From: an uncultured Solirubrobacteraceae bacterium
Lineage (GTDB): Bacteria; Actinomycetota; Thermoleophilia; Solirubrobacterales; Solirubrobacteraceae
Reading direction: 5' to 3'
Assembly: GCA_963816955.1 (NCBI GenBank)
Contig: CAWFME010000007.1
Location: forward strand, 16,883-80,882
Length of the DNA: 64,000 nt
This document shows positions 26,872 to 35,150 of this stretch, piece after piece. The position numbers and the translations under genes were made by a program. The notes under the pieces were generated by a model. The model saw only the letters and a program-made list of their open reading frames with translations, was not told where the DNA came from and made no database searches. Numbering within the stretch: position 1 is the stretch's first letter; every line of letters starts with the position of its first letter.

Positions 26872-27785
26872 CATCCCTCGCGTACACCCGTACGCGCCGC
26901 AGCGTCGGCGAGCAGGCCGTCAGATACGGCCTGTTCGCCGCCGCGGCGGTCTCCATCCTCACGACCGTGCTGATCGTGCTCTCGCTGCTGCGGGAGACGA
27001 TCGCGTTCTTCGGCGACGTCCCGATCGGCGACTTCCTGTTCGGCACCAAGTGGACGCCGCTGCTGGCCGGCGACCAGCAGTCCTTTGGCGTGATCCCGCT
27101 GCTGACGGGCACGCTGTACCTGACCGCGATCGGCCTCGTCGTCGCGATCCCGCTCGGCCTGCTGGCGGCGATCTACCTCGCCGAGTACGCGCCGCAGCGC
27201 GTGCGCAAGGTCGTCAAGCCCGTGCTCGAGCTGCTGGCCGGCGTCCCGACGATCGTCTTCGGCTACTTCGCCCTCGTCTTCTTCACCCCCGAGGTGCTGC
27301 GCGGCGTCCTCGGGCTCGAGGTCAACCAGTTCAACGCGCTCTCGGCCGGGATCATCCTCGGCCTGCTCGTTCTGCCGACGATCGCGTCGGTCGCCGAGGA
27401 CGCGCTGTCCGCCGTGCCCGCCTCGCTGCGCGAGGGCGCGTTCGGCCTCGGCGCGAGCAAGCTGCAGGTCTCGCTGCGGGTCGTCTTCCCGGCCGCCCTC
27501 TCGGGCGTCGTGGCGGCGCTGATCCTCGGCGCTTCGCGCGCGATCGGCGAGACCGTGATCATCCTCGTGGCCGGCGGTCAGGTCGCTCGTCTGGGCGTCG
27601 ACCCGACGGAGGGCTATCAGTCGATGGCCGCGTTCATCGCGGCCACCTCGCGCGGGGACATCCCGACGGGCTCGATCAAGTTCGAGACGATCTTCGTGGT
27701 CGGCATGCTCCTCTTCGTCATCACGCTCGCGCTGAACGCGCTGTCGATCCGGCTCGTCAACCGCTACCGCCAGGTCTACGAGTGA
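26868..27785 (+). CDS. pstC: phosphate ABC transporter permease PstC
   Basis: GTG 26868 overlaps the pstS TGA. Six TM segments. EAA-like loop EDALSAVPASLREGAFGLGASKLQ. Confidence 0.95.
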   Translation: MTSLAYTRTRRSVGEQAVRYGLFAAAAVSILTTVLIVLSLLRETIAFFGDVPIGDFLFGTKWTPLLAGDQQSFGVIPLLTGTLYLTAIGLVVAIPLGLLAAIYLAEYAPQRVRKVVKPVLELLAGVPTIVFGYFALVFFTPEVLRGVLGLEVNQFNALSAGIILGLLVLPTIASVAEDALSAVPASLREGAFGLGASKLQVSLRVVFPAALSGVVAALILGASRAIGETVIILVAGGQVARLGVDPTEGYQSMAAFIAATSRGDIPTGSIKFETIFVVGMLLFVITLALNALSIRLVNRYRQVYE

Positions 27786-28693
27786 CCGGCTTGCCCATCG
27801 CATCGATGGCGCGCCCGCAGGAGACAGCCCTGCCCCGTCCGTCGACCCGGGCCCGGATCGCCGACCTCCTCTTCCGCGCGGTCATGTACCTGTCGATCGC
27901 GGTCGGGTTCCTCGGGCTCGGCGCGATCCTCTTCGACGTCGCGCGCGACGGGCTGCCGCGGCTGTCGGTGGACTTCATCACCAACTTCCCGTCGCGGATC
28001 ATCCCGGAGCGCTCGGGCATCCAGTCCGCGCTCGTAGGGACGCTGTACCTGATGGCGATCTGCGCGGTGCTCGTGGTGCCGCTCGGCGTCGCCACGGCCG
28101 TCTACCTCGAGGAGTACGCCGACCGCCGCAAGTGGTTCAACCGGCTGATCGAGGTCAACATCCAGAACCTCGCGGCGGTGCCCTCGGTCGTCTACGGCAT
28201 CCTCGGGCTGGCGTTCATCGTGCGCGGCCCGCTCTCGATGGGGCGGGTCCTGCTGGCGGGCGGCATCACGCTCTCGCTGCTGGTCCTGCCCGTGGTGATC
28301 ATCGTCGCCCGCGAGGCGATCCGGGCCGTCCCGCCGTCGATCCGCGAGGGCTCGATGGCGCTCGGGGCGACCCAGTGGCAGACGATCTGGAAGCAGGTCC
28401 TGCCGGGCTCGGTGGCCGGCATCGCGACGGGCGTGATCCTCGCGCTCTCGCGCGCCATCGGCGAGACGGCGCCGCTGCTGATCATCGGCGCGGCCGTCTC
28501 CCCGCGCTTCAACCCGTCAGGGCTGTTCGAGTCCTTCACGGCGCTCCCGATCCAGATCTTCAGCTGGACGACGGACGCCGACCGGGAGTTCGTGAGCGCG
28601 GCGGCCGGGGCGATCCTCGTCCTGATGCTGCTGCTCGTGCTCATGAACTCCGTCGCGATCTTCCTCAGGAACCGCTATGAGCAGAAGTGGTGA
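27782..28693 (+). CDS. pstA: phosphate ABC transporter permease PstA
   Basis: GTG 27782 overlaps the pstC TGA (alternative ATG at 27806). [24 protein letters not shown] permease loop. The 5' part of ORF 27050..28693 is an alternate frame of pstC. Confidence 0.93.
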   Translation: MTGLPIASMARPQETALPRPSTRARIADLLFRAVMYLSIAVGFLGLGAILFDVARDGLPRLSVDFITNFPSRIIPERSGIQSALVGTLYLMAICAVLVVPLGVATAVYLEEYADRRKWFNRLIEVNIQNLAAVPSVVYGILGLAFIVRGPLSMGRVLLAGGITLSLLVLPVVIIVAREAIRAVPPSIREGSMALGATQWQTIWKQVLPGSVAGIATGVILALSRAIGETAPLLIIGAAVSPRFNPSGLFESFTALPIQIFSWTTDADREFVSAAAGAILVLMLLLVLMNSVAIFLRNRYEQKW

Positions 28694-29582
28694 TGACCCG
28701 ATGTCAGAGAAGCTGAGCGCCCGCCCCGAGGCGTCCACCCCCAGCACCGGACGGCGTTTCGAGCCCGCCCGGGCCGCCGCGCCCGACGGGGCGGTGGCCG
28801 TAGCGGAGCCGATCTTCGACGTCAGCGAGGTGAACGTCTTCTATGGCGAGCATCGCGCTATCCGCGACGTCACGCTGAGCATCCAGCGCAACGAGATCAC
28901 CGCGCTGATCGGCCCGTCGGGCTGCGGCAAGTCGACCTTCATCCGCTGCCTGAACCGGATGAACGACCTGATCCCGACCGCGCGGGTGGACGGCCACGTC
29001 GTCTACCACGGCGAGGACCTCTACGACGCGCAGATCGACCCCGTCCAGGTGCGCAAGCGGATCGGCATGGTCTTCCAGAAGCCGAACCCGTTCCCGAAGT
29101 CGATCTACGACAACATCGCCTTCGGCCCGCGCGTGATCGGGATGAAGGGCGACATGGACGAGATCGTGGAGTCCGCCCTGCGCCGCGCGGCGCTCTGGGA
29201 GGAGACCAAGGACCGCCTGAAGACCAACGCCTTCGGGATGTCCGGCGGCCAGCAGCAGCGCCTGTGCATCGCCCGCGCGCTCGCCACGGAGCCCGACGTG
29301 CTGCTGATGGACGAGCCGTGCTCCGCGCTGGACCCGATCTCCACGGGGCGGATCGAGGACCTGATGATGGAGCTCAAGGAGAACTACTCGATCGTCATCG
29401 TCACCCACAACATGCAGCAGGCCGCGCGCGTGTCGGACATGACCGCGTTCTTCACGGTCGAGCTCGACGAGACGGCGAAGGCCCGCACGGGCCACGTGGT
29501 CGAGTACGACGTGACGGACAAGATCTTCACGAACCCCGAGGACAAGCGCACCGAGGACTACGTCACGGGCAAGTTCGGCTGA
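28677..29582 (+). CDS. pstB: phosphate ABC transporter ATP-binding protein PstB
   Basis: [34 protein letters not shown] and [12 protein letters not shown]. The start is 28677 or ATG 28701. Confidence 0.95.
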   Translation: MSRSGDDPMSEKLSARPEASTPSTGRRFEPARAAAPDGAVAVAEPIFDVSEVNVFYGEHRAIRDVTLSIQRNEITALIGPSGCGKSTFIRCLNRMNDLIPTARVDGHVVYHGEDLYDAQIDPVQVRKRIGMVFQKPNPFPKSIYDNIAFGPRVIGMKGDMDEIVESALRRAALWEETKDRLKTNAFGMSGGQQQRLCIARALATEPDVLLMDEPCSALDPISTGRIEDLMMELKENYSIVIVTHNMQQAARVSDMTAFFTVELDETAKARTGHVVEYDVTDKIFTNPEDKRTEDYVTGKFG

Positions 29583-30265
29583 TGGCACGCGAGGCGCACC
29601 GGCTCCGCTTCCAGGACGAGCTGCGCACGCTCGAGGACCAGGCGCTCGGCGCGCTGGACCTCGTCCTGACGGCGCTCGACCGCACGCTCGAGGCGCTCGA
29701 GCACCAGGACATCGAGCTCGCCTCGGTCGTGGTCGCCGACGACGACCGCCTCGATGGCCGCTACCTGGAGGTCCACCAGGGGCTGCTGTCGCTGCTCGCG
29801 CTGCAGGCGCCCGTGGCCGGCGACCTGCGGGTCGTGGCGGCGCTGCTGCACGTGATCCGCTGTGCGGAGCGGATGGGCGACCAGTGCGTGAACATCGCGA
29901 AGCTCCTGCCGATCGTGGGCCACGACGCGCCGGTCGACGAGCAGATGCGCACCAAGATCGCCAGGATGGGCGTGCTCGCGCGCTCCGAGGTCGAGCAGGC
30001 CAAGCAGGCGTTCCTGTCGCGCGACGTGGACCTCGCCCAGGACCTCGTGCGCCAGGACGAGGCCGTCAACAAGCTCAACCGCGAGTGCTTCCAGCGCGCG
30101 GTCGAGACCGGCGGAGACGTCGACGCCCGCGAGTGGGCGATGACGATGATGCTCGTGTCGCGCGCGCTCGAGCGGATCGGCGACAACGCCGTGGACATCG
30201 GCGAGCAGGTCGCGTTCGTGGTCACGGGGCTGTTCCGGGAGTTCTCGGACGCCTCGCGCGCCTAG
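29582..30265 (+). CDS. phoU: phosphate signaling complex protein PhoU
   Basis: ATG 29582 overlaps the pstB TGA by 1 nt. Two PhoU repeats with ERMGDQCVNIA and ERIGDNAVDIG motifs. Confidence 0.93.
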   Translation: MAREAHRLRFQDELRTLEDQALGALDLVLTALDRTLEALEHQDIELASVVVADDDRLDGRYLEVHQGLLSLLALQAPVAGDLRVVAALLHVIRCAERMGDQCVNIAKLLPIVGHDAPVDEQMRTKIARMGVLARSEVEQAKQAFLSRDVDLAQDLVRQDEAVNKLNRECFQRAVETGGDVDAREWAMTMMLVSRALERIGDNAVDIGEQVAFVVTGLFREFSDASRA

Positions 30266-30417
30266 CGGCGCCGCGGCCCGCCCGTGCCGGGCGGCCGCTC
30301 CCGCCCGCTCCGCGCGGCCCTCCTGCCCGCGGTTTGCGGGCGAGTTGTGACCATCCTGTTACGCGTGGGGGGATTTCGGGCCCGGCCGTCGTCGCTCGGC
30401 ACTATCCTGCGTGGCAG

Positions 30418-31188
30418 ATGACCCCGACGCCGTCACCGGCCCGGATCGCCGTCCTCGACAACGATTCCGGCTTCGTGCAGGTCCTCACCAAGCGGCTCGA
30501 GGCCGCCGACTGGCAGTACCGCGTCCTCGCCTCGCCGGTCCCGCTCGACGTGCTGATCTCGATGCGGCTCAACGCCCTCGTGGTCGACCCTGCCGTGCTC
30601 GGCCCGGCCGCCTGGAGCTACCTCGAGAAGCTCTGCGCCCGGCTCCCGCAGCTCGGCGTCGTCGTGTGCACCGGCCAGTCGACCGTCGCCCAGCGCGTGC
30701 GCGGGCTGCGGCTCGGCGCCGACGACTGGGTCACCAAGCCGTGCCACCCGGAGGAGGTCATCGCACGCGCGGAGGCCGTCATCCGGCGCCGCCGGCGGGC
30801 CGAGATGCGCGCGGACGCCGAGCCCGTGGTGGCCGGCGAGCTGGAGATCCGCCAGGACCAGTTCCAGGCCTTCGCCGCCGGCCGCAACGTGGACCTCACC
30901 CGCCGCGAGTTCGAGCTGATCGCTCTGTTGAGCGGCCTCGGCGGCCAGGTCATCCCGCGCGAGGAGATCTACGAGCGGGTCTGGGGCTACGCGATGGTCC
31001 ACGGGGACCGCTCCGTGGACGTGTTCGTGCGCAAGCTGCGCCAGAAGCTCGAGAAGGTCTCGCCGGACTGGCGCTACATCCACACGCACTTCGGGATCGG
31101 CTACCGGTTCGACCCCGAGCCCGTCGAGGGCAGCGCGGCGGCATTGCCCGCGCCTCACGCCGCGGTCCCCGAGCCCGTCCACGCGTAG
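30418..31188 (+). CDS. OmpR/PhoB-family response regulator (orphan, no adjacent histidine kinase)
   Basis: Receiver domain (IAVLDND, ALVVDPA, VVCTGQ, GADDWVTKP) plus winged-helix output (LTRREFELIALL, VDVFVRKLRQKL, HTHFGIGYRF). Confidence 0.88.
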   Translation: MTPTPSPARIAVLDNDSGFVQVLTKRLEAADWQYRVLASPVPLDVLISMRLNALVVDPAVLGPAAWSYLEKLCARLPQLGVVVCTGQSTVAQRVRGLRLGADDWVTKPCHPEEVIARAEAVIRRRRRAEMRADAEPVVAGELEIRQDQFQAFAAGRNVDLTRREFELIALLSGLGGQVIPREEIYERVWGYAMVHGDRSVDVFVRKLRQKLEKVSPDWRYIHTHFGIGYRFDPEPVEGSAAALPAPHAAVPEPVHA

Positions 31189-31212
31189 CCGCAGCGGGGT
31201 ATCCTCGGCGAC

Positions 31213-31581
31213 GTGGGCCCCGACCGCCGCACGCACCTCCGCAACGTCGCGATCATCGTCCTGCTCGCGGTGGTGGTCTGGCAGGTCCCGGGCGGCGACC
31301 GCGCGGGCTCGACGATCGCCAACCTGCTGTCGCTCATCTTCATCGGCGGCATCCTCTTCCTCGGCTACCGGCTCTACATGGAGAACCGAGAGACCATCTT
31401 CGGCCTCGAGGAGCGCCAGCGGGGCGTGCTCTACGCCGGCGCGGCGCTGATCGCGATCACGCTCGTCGCCACCAGCCGGATGTGGGGCGCCGGCGGCATC
31501 GGCGCGCTCGTGTGGCTGATGATGCTCGGGGCGGGCGTCTACGCCATCGTGGGCGTCTGGCGCGCGTACCGCGAGTACTAG
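31213..31581 (+). CDS. integral membrane protein (4 TM), hypothetical
   Basis: 122 aa with four hydrophobic segments and GC3-rich codons. GTG start. Confidence 0.6.
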   Translation: MGPDRRTHLRNVAIIVLLAVVVWQVPGGDRAGSTIANLLSLIFIGGILFLGYRLYMENRETIFGLEERQRGVLYAGAALIAITLVATSRMWGAGGIGALVWLMMLGAGVYAIVGVWRAYREY

Positions 31582-31637
31582 CCCCCGCTCTGCCCGCCCC
31601 CGCTCGTGCGGTTCCGCGGGTTAGGCGTGGTCAGGCT

Positions 31638-31686
31638 GCCGAGTGGCATCTGAGTCGCGGTATGCGCGACGGAGGTGCCACTCGGC
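31638..31686. other. two-tier perfect hairpin in the AT-richer intergenic region upstream of the Tad-like genes
   Basis: GCCGAGTGGCA (31638-31648) pairs with TGCCACTCGGC (31676-31686). The loop contains a nested GTCGCG-gtatg-CGCGAC hairpin. No U-tract follows. Confidence 0.5.
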
Positions 31687-31785
31687 GCGTCTAGCGGGTC
31701 TCGGTGTCCATTTGGTTGCAGTTTCCTTGCGGACTCGTGACGTTCGCGTCTAGTTCTGTTCTGGTTTTCGCGCGACGGTGGCGCG

Positions 31786-32117
31786 GTGCATTCGGAGAAC
31801 GGACAAGCCGCGGTCGAGCTGGCGGCGCTGTTGCCGTGGGTGGCCGCGGTGCTGCTCGTCGCGTGGCAGCTCGTGGTGGCCGGCGACGCGCACTCCTCGG
31901 CGGCGGTCGCGGCTCGCGCCGCCGCGCGCGCCGCAGCGTCGGTGACGACCCGGCGACCGCCGCACGTGCCCGGCTCCCGCAGCACCTGCGCCACGGGCTG
32001 CGCGTGCGCTCCCGGGCTGACGGCACCGTGTCGGTGTCCGTGCGCGTTCCGGCGCTCGCGGCCGCGCTCGACCTCGGCCGCGTCCGCGCCGAAGCCTCCC
32101 TGGGGGCGATGCCATGA
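31786..32117 (+). pseudogene. TadE-like pseudopilin, apparent -1 frameshift near 31925-31940
   Basis: The frame from GTG 31786 gives (M)HSENGQAAVELAALLPWVAAVLLVAWQLVVAGDAHSSAAVAARAAARAAA. The paralog-like C-terminus SVGDDPATAARARLPQHLRHGLRVRSRADGTVSVSVRVPALAAALDLGRVRAEA lies in the frame ending at TGA 32115-32117. The switch falls in a GCCGCGCGCGCCGC tract. Confidence 0.55.
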
Positions 32118-33136
32118 CCGGCGAGCGCGGCCAGGCCACGGTCGAGCTCGCGGCCCTGCTGCCGTTGCTGGCGGTGATCGCCCTTGCGGCCTACGCGCTG
32201 CTCGCGGGCCTGGCGGCCGGCGAGCAGGCCGGCGTGGCAGCCGAGGCCGGCGCGATCGCGCTGCTCCAAGACCGCGACCCCGTGGCCGCAGCCCGCGCCG
32301 CGCTGTCCGACGGCACGCGCGCGTCGGTGCGCGTGGAGGGCCGCCGAGTCAGCGTCGCCGTACGCCCGCGGGTCCCGCTCGTCGCGCGGCTCCTGCGCAC
32401 GCGGGTCACCGCCGCACGCCGGACCGGAGCCCGCGCCGTGAGCCTCCGTGCCCGTGCTCTCGACTACTTCGTCGAGCCCCGCACGCCTGCTGAGGCCGGC
32501 GCCTACGTCGCTCCAGCACCTGCGGCGCCGGCGGCGCCGCATGCGCAGGCCGCCACGCGGTTCCCGCTGCGGGCGGCGGTGCTCGGCTCGCCTGCCGATG
32601 GAGTGCCGATCGGCGCGCTGCTCGCGAACGCGCTGCGCTCCGCGGCGGGCGCATCGACGGCGGTGCTGGCGGTGTGGGCTCCGGATGTGCGACCGCCGGC
32701 CTTCCGGGGCGGCCCGGCGACGCTGGCCGCGTCACGGCTCGCCGCACGGTTGTCGGCCCGCGGGCTCTCCGCAGCGGGCCGTGGGCGGTTGGCGTGGATG
32801 GCGCTCGACGACCATCCAGTCGCCGCAGCGGTGGCGGCCCGGCGGGCGGCGGGCGCGGTCGATGTCCCGCTCGTGGTCGTGCTGGCGGGCCCGCGCTGCG
32901 ACGTCGTCGAGGGCGTCCTCGCGGAGCAGGACCTCGTGGTCGTCGCCTGCGCCGAGTCGGACGGAGCGCTGGCCCGGCTCGCCGTCGCGGGCTGCGCCAC
33001 GGCGGCGCTCGCCTGCGCGCCTCCGCCGCCCGGCCCGTCGCGCTGGCTCGCTCGCTCCGGCCTCGCCGGCGCTCGCGGGCTCCCCGCCCAGGTCCGTTCG
33101 CTGGTCGGCGCGCTCGGTTCTGAGGCCGCATGGTGA
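32114..33136 (+). CDS. TadE-like pseudopilin with C-terminal degenerate ParA/CpaE(TadZ)-like domain (or two unresolved in-frame genes)
   Basis: N-terminus MTGERGQATVELAALLPLLAVIALAAYALL has the G-x4-E prepilin-like motif. From about aa 109 (in-frame GTG 32438) a Rossmann-like pattern follows (RAAVLGSPADGVPIGALLANAL, AVLAVWAPD, VPLVVVLAGPRCDVV, DLVVVACAESDGALARL). It resembles MinD/ParA topology but lacks a Walker A lysine motif. Confidence 0.55.
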   Translation: MTGERGQATVELAALLPLLAVIALAAYALLAGLAAGEQAGVAAEAGAIALLQDRDPVAAARAALSDGTRASVRVEGRRVSVAVRPRVPLVARLLRTRVTAARRTGARAVSLRARALDYFVEPRTPAEAGAYVAPAPAAPAAPHAQAATRFPLRAAVLGSPADGVPIGALLANALRSAAGASTAVLAVWAPDVRPPAFRGGPATLAASRLAARLSARGLSAAGRGRLAWMALDDHPVAAAVAARRAAGAVDVPLVVVLAGPRCDVVEGVLAEQDLVVVACAESDGALARLAVAGCATAALACAPPPPGPSRWLARSGLAGARGLPAQVRSLVGALGSEAAW

Positions 33137-34407
33137 GCATGCGCGGGCAGGCGTCGATCGTGCTCGTCGGCGGGCTCGCCGCGATCCTCGTCGGAGCGCT
33201 CGTGCTCGGGATGGTGGCCCGTGCGCTGGGACGCGAGGGCGCGGCTCAGCGCGCGGCGGACCTGTCGGCGCTCGCGGGCGCCCGGGCGATGCGGGAGGCG
33301 TATCCGCGGCTGTTCGAGCCGGCGATGTTCGACGGCCGCCCGAACCCGCGGCATCTCGACCGGGCGGCGTATCTCGAGCTGGGGAGCGCCGCCGCTCGCG
33401 CCGCGGCGCGCGGGAACGGCACCGTGGTGAGCGAGCTGGCGTTCCCGGACGCCTCGTCGTTCGCGCCGGTGCGGATTCGCGTCGCGGTGCGCGAGCGGAT
33501 CGCGATCGAGCGCGGCCGGGAGCGCCGCGCGGTCGGCGTGGGGGCGAGCGCCGTCGCGGAGCTCTCGCCGCTCGGGCCGGGAGGATTGCCGGCCGGCGGC
33601 GGCTACGACGGCCCGCTGGAGCACCGCCAGGGCAAGCCGATGCGGCCGGACGTCGCGCGGGCGTTCGACCGGATGGAGCGTGCCGCCCGCGCGGACGGCG
33701 TGTCGCTGTTGATCGCCAGCGCGTACCGCTCCGACGCCGAGCAAGAGATCCTCTGGCGCCGCAACCCGGACCCCCGCTGGGTCGCCCGGCCCGGCGAGTC
33801 GCTGCACCGTCACGGCACCGAGCTCGACCTCGGCCCGCCCGCGGCTCATGCGTGGCTCGCGGCCCATGCGGAGGCGTTCCACTTCGTCCAGCGCTATCCC
33901 CACGAGAAATGGCATTACGGCTACACGCTCAACGCGCGATCCACGCCCCGGGGCGCGGGAGACGGTCGCGCGATCCCGAGCTTCGTGCCCGGGCGCTTCG
34001 CACCGGCGCTGGCGCGCGCGGCGCAGCGCTGGAACGTGTCCGCCGCGCTGCTCGCGGCGCAGCTGTACGCGGAGAGCAACTTCAATCCGTTCGCGACCAG
34101 CCCTGTGGGCGCGCAGGGCATCGCGCAGTTCATGCCGGAGACCGCTCGCGCGATGGGGCTCGACGATCCCTTCGACGCACCCGAGGCGATCGATGCCCAG
34201 GCCCGGCTGATGCGCGACCTGCTGCGGCGCTTCGCCGCCGTCCCGCTCGCGCTGGCCGCGTACAACGCCGGCCCCGGGCCGGTGGAGGCGTGCGGCTGCG
34301 TGCCGCCGTACCCCGAGACGCGCGGCTACGTCGCCCGCATCCTCGGGCTGCTCGGCGGGATGGGTGAGCTCGGCCGCGGCGAGCTCGTGGTGAGGCTTGT
34401 GAAGTGA
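33130..34407 (+). CDS. TadG-like N-terminal anchor fused to VanY-type (M15B) D,D-carboxypeptidase and SLT lytic transglycosylase domains
   Basis: aa 5-55 RGQASIVLVGGLAAILVGALVLG...AAQRAADLSALAGARA are Tad/TadG-like. aa 195-265 SAYRS..Q, ESLHRHGTELDL and HEKWHYGY carry the M15B zinc and catalytic motifs. aa 300-385 LYAESNFNP, GAQGIAQFMP and AAYNAGPG are the SLT motifs with the catalytic Glu. Confidence 0.8.
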   Translation: MVSMRGQASIVLVGGLAAILVGALVLGMVARALGREGAAQRAADLSALAGARAMREAYPRLFEPAMFDGRPNPRHLDRAAYLELGSAAARAAARGNGTVVSELAFPDASSFAPVRIRVAVRERIAIERGRERRAVGVGASAVAELSPLGPGGLPAGGGYDGPLEHRQGKPMRPDVARAFDRMERAARADGVSLLIASAYRSDAEQEILWRRNPDPRWVARPGESLHRHGTELDLGPPAAHAWLAAHAEAFHFVQRYPHEKWHYGYTLNARSTPRGAGDGRAIPSFVPGRFAPALARAAQRWNVSAALLAAQLYAESNFNPFATSPVGAQGIAQFMPETARAMGLDDPFDAPEAIDAQARLMRDLLRRFAAVPLALAAYNAGPGPVEACGCVPPYPETRGYVARILGLLGGMGELGRGELVVRLVK

Positions 34408-34432
34408 TCAGCAGGGGCGTAGCATTCGTCAC

Positions 34433-34552
34433 ATGGCCGCGCTGTTCGCCATCGGCGGCGTCGTCGGGATCTGCATCCTCGGCTACTTCTTCGGCGCCGA
34501 GTCGAGGCCGGACTTCCTCGACCCGCGTCACAAGACCGGCCGCTGGATCTGA
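34433..34552 (+). CDS. small membrane protein (39 aa), hypothetical
   Basis: ATG 34433 to TGA 34550-34552: MAALFAIGGVVGICILGYFFGAESRPDFLDPRHKTGRWI. One TM segment and GC3-rich codons. Too short for the ORF track. Confidence 0.4.
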   Translation: MAALFAIGGVVGICILGYFFGAESRPDFLDPRHKTGRWI

Positions 34553-34575
34553 GCCGACCGCCGGCCCCTCCTATC

Positions 34576-35082
34576 TTGTCGTGCGGGATGCCCGATCCCG
34601 TCGTCATCACGTATCTGGAGCTCGCGCCGGAGGACCCGGTCGTCGCGCCGTCGCGGCCCGCGCCGGCCGGCTTCTCGACCCGCGAGGTACACGACCACGC
34701 CATCAACCGGGAGCTCTACCGCCGCGTCGGCGCGGACTACCAGTGGGTCGACCGCCTGACCTGGAACGACGAGCGCTGGGCCGGCTACGCCGCCCGGGTC
34801 GAGACCCACGTCGTCGAGCTGGACGGCCGCACCGCGGGCTACTACGAGATCGAGCTCGACTCGACGGGGTCGGCGAAGATCGCGCTGTTCGGCCTGCTCG
34901 AGGAGTTCCAAGGCATCGGCCTCGGCGGCCACGCCCTGACCGCCGCGCTCACCCGCGCCCGCGAGCTGCGCCCGCGCGTGTGGCTGACGACGTGCACGCT
35001 CGACGGCCCGTACGCGCTGCCGAACTACCACGCCCGCGGGATGCGGTCGTTCCGCACCGCGACGCTGCCGGCGCCGGTCTGA
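34576..35082 (+). CDS. GNAT family N-acetyltransferase
   Basis: LLEEFQGIGLGGHALTAAL matches the acetyl-CoA-binding Q/R-x-x-G-x-G/A motif. 168 aa (alternative start ATG 34588). Confidence 0.8.
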   Translation: MSCGMPDPVVITYLELAPEDPVVAPSRPAPAGFSTREVHDHAINRELYRRVGADYQWVDRLTWNDERWAGYAARVETHVVELDGRTAGYYEIELDSTGSAKIALFGLLEEFQGIGLGGHALTAALTRARELRPRVWLTTCTLDGPYALPNYHARGMRSFRTATLPAPV

Positions 35083-35150
35083 GCTCGGAGCCGTTACCAC
35101 CCGGTGAAGGCCCGGCAGGACCGCGGCCGGACCGTGGTGAAGTCCGACCC

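Noticed and set aside
30318-30336. Terminator hairpin after phoU (GCCCGC-ggttt-GCGGGC)
   Set aside because: The stem is only 6 bp with no U-tract, which is too weak to call in a genome this GC-rich.
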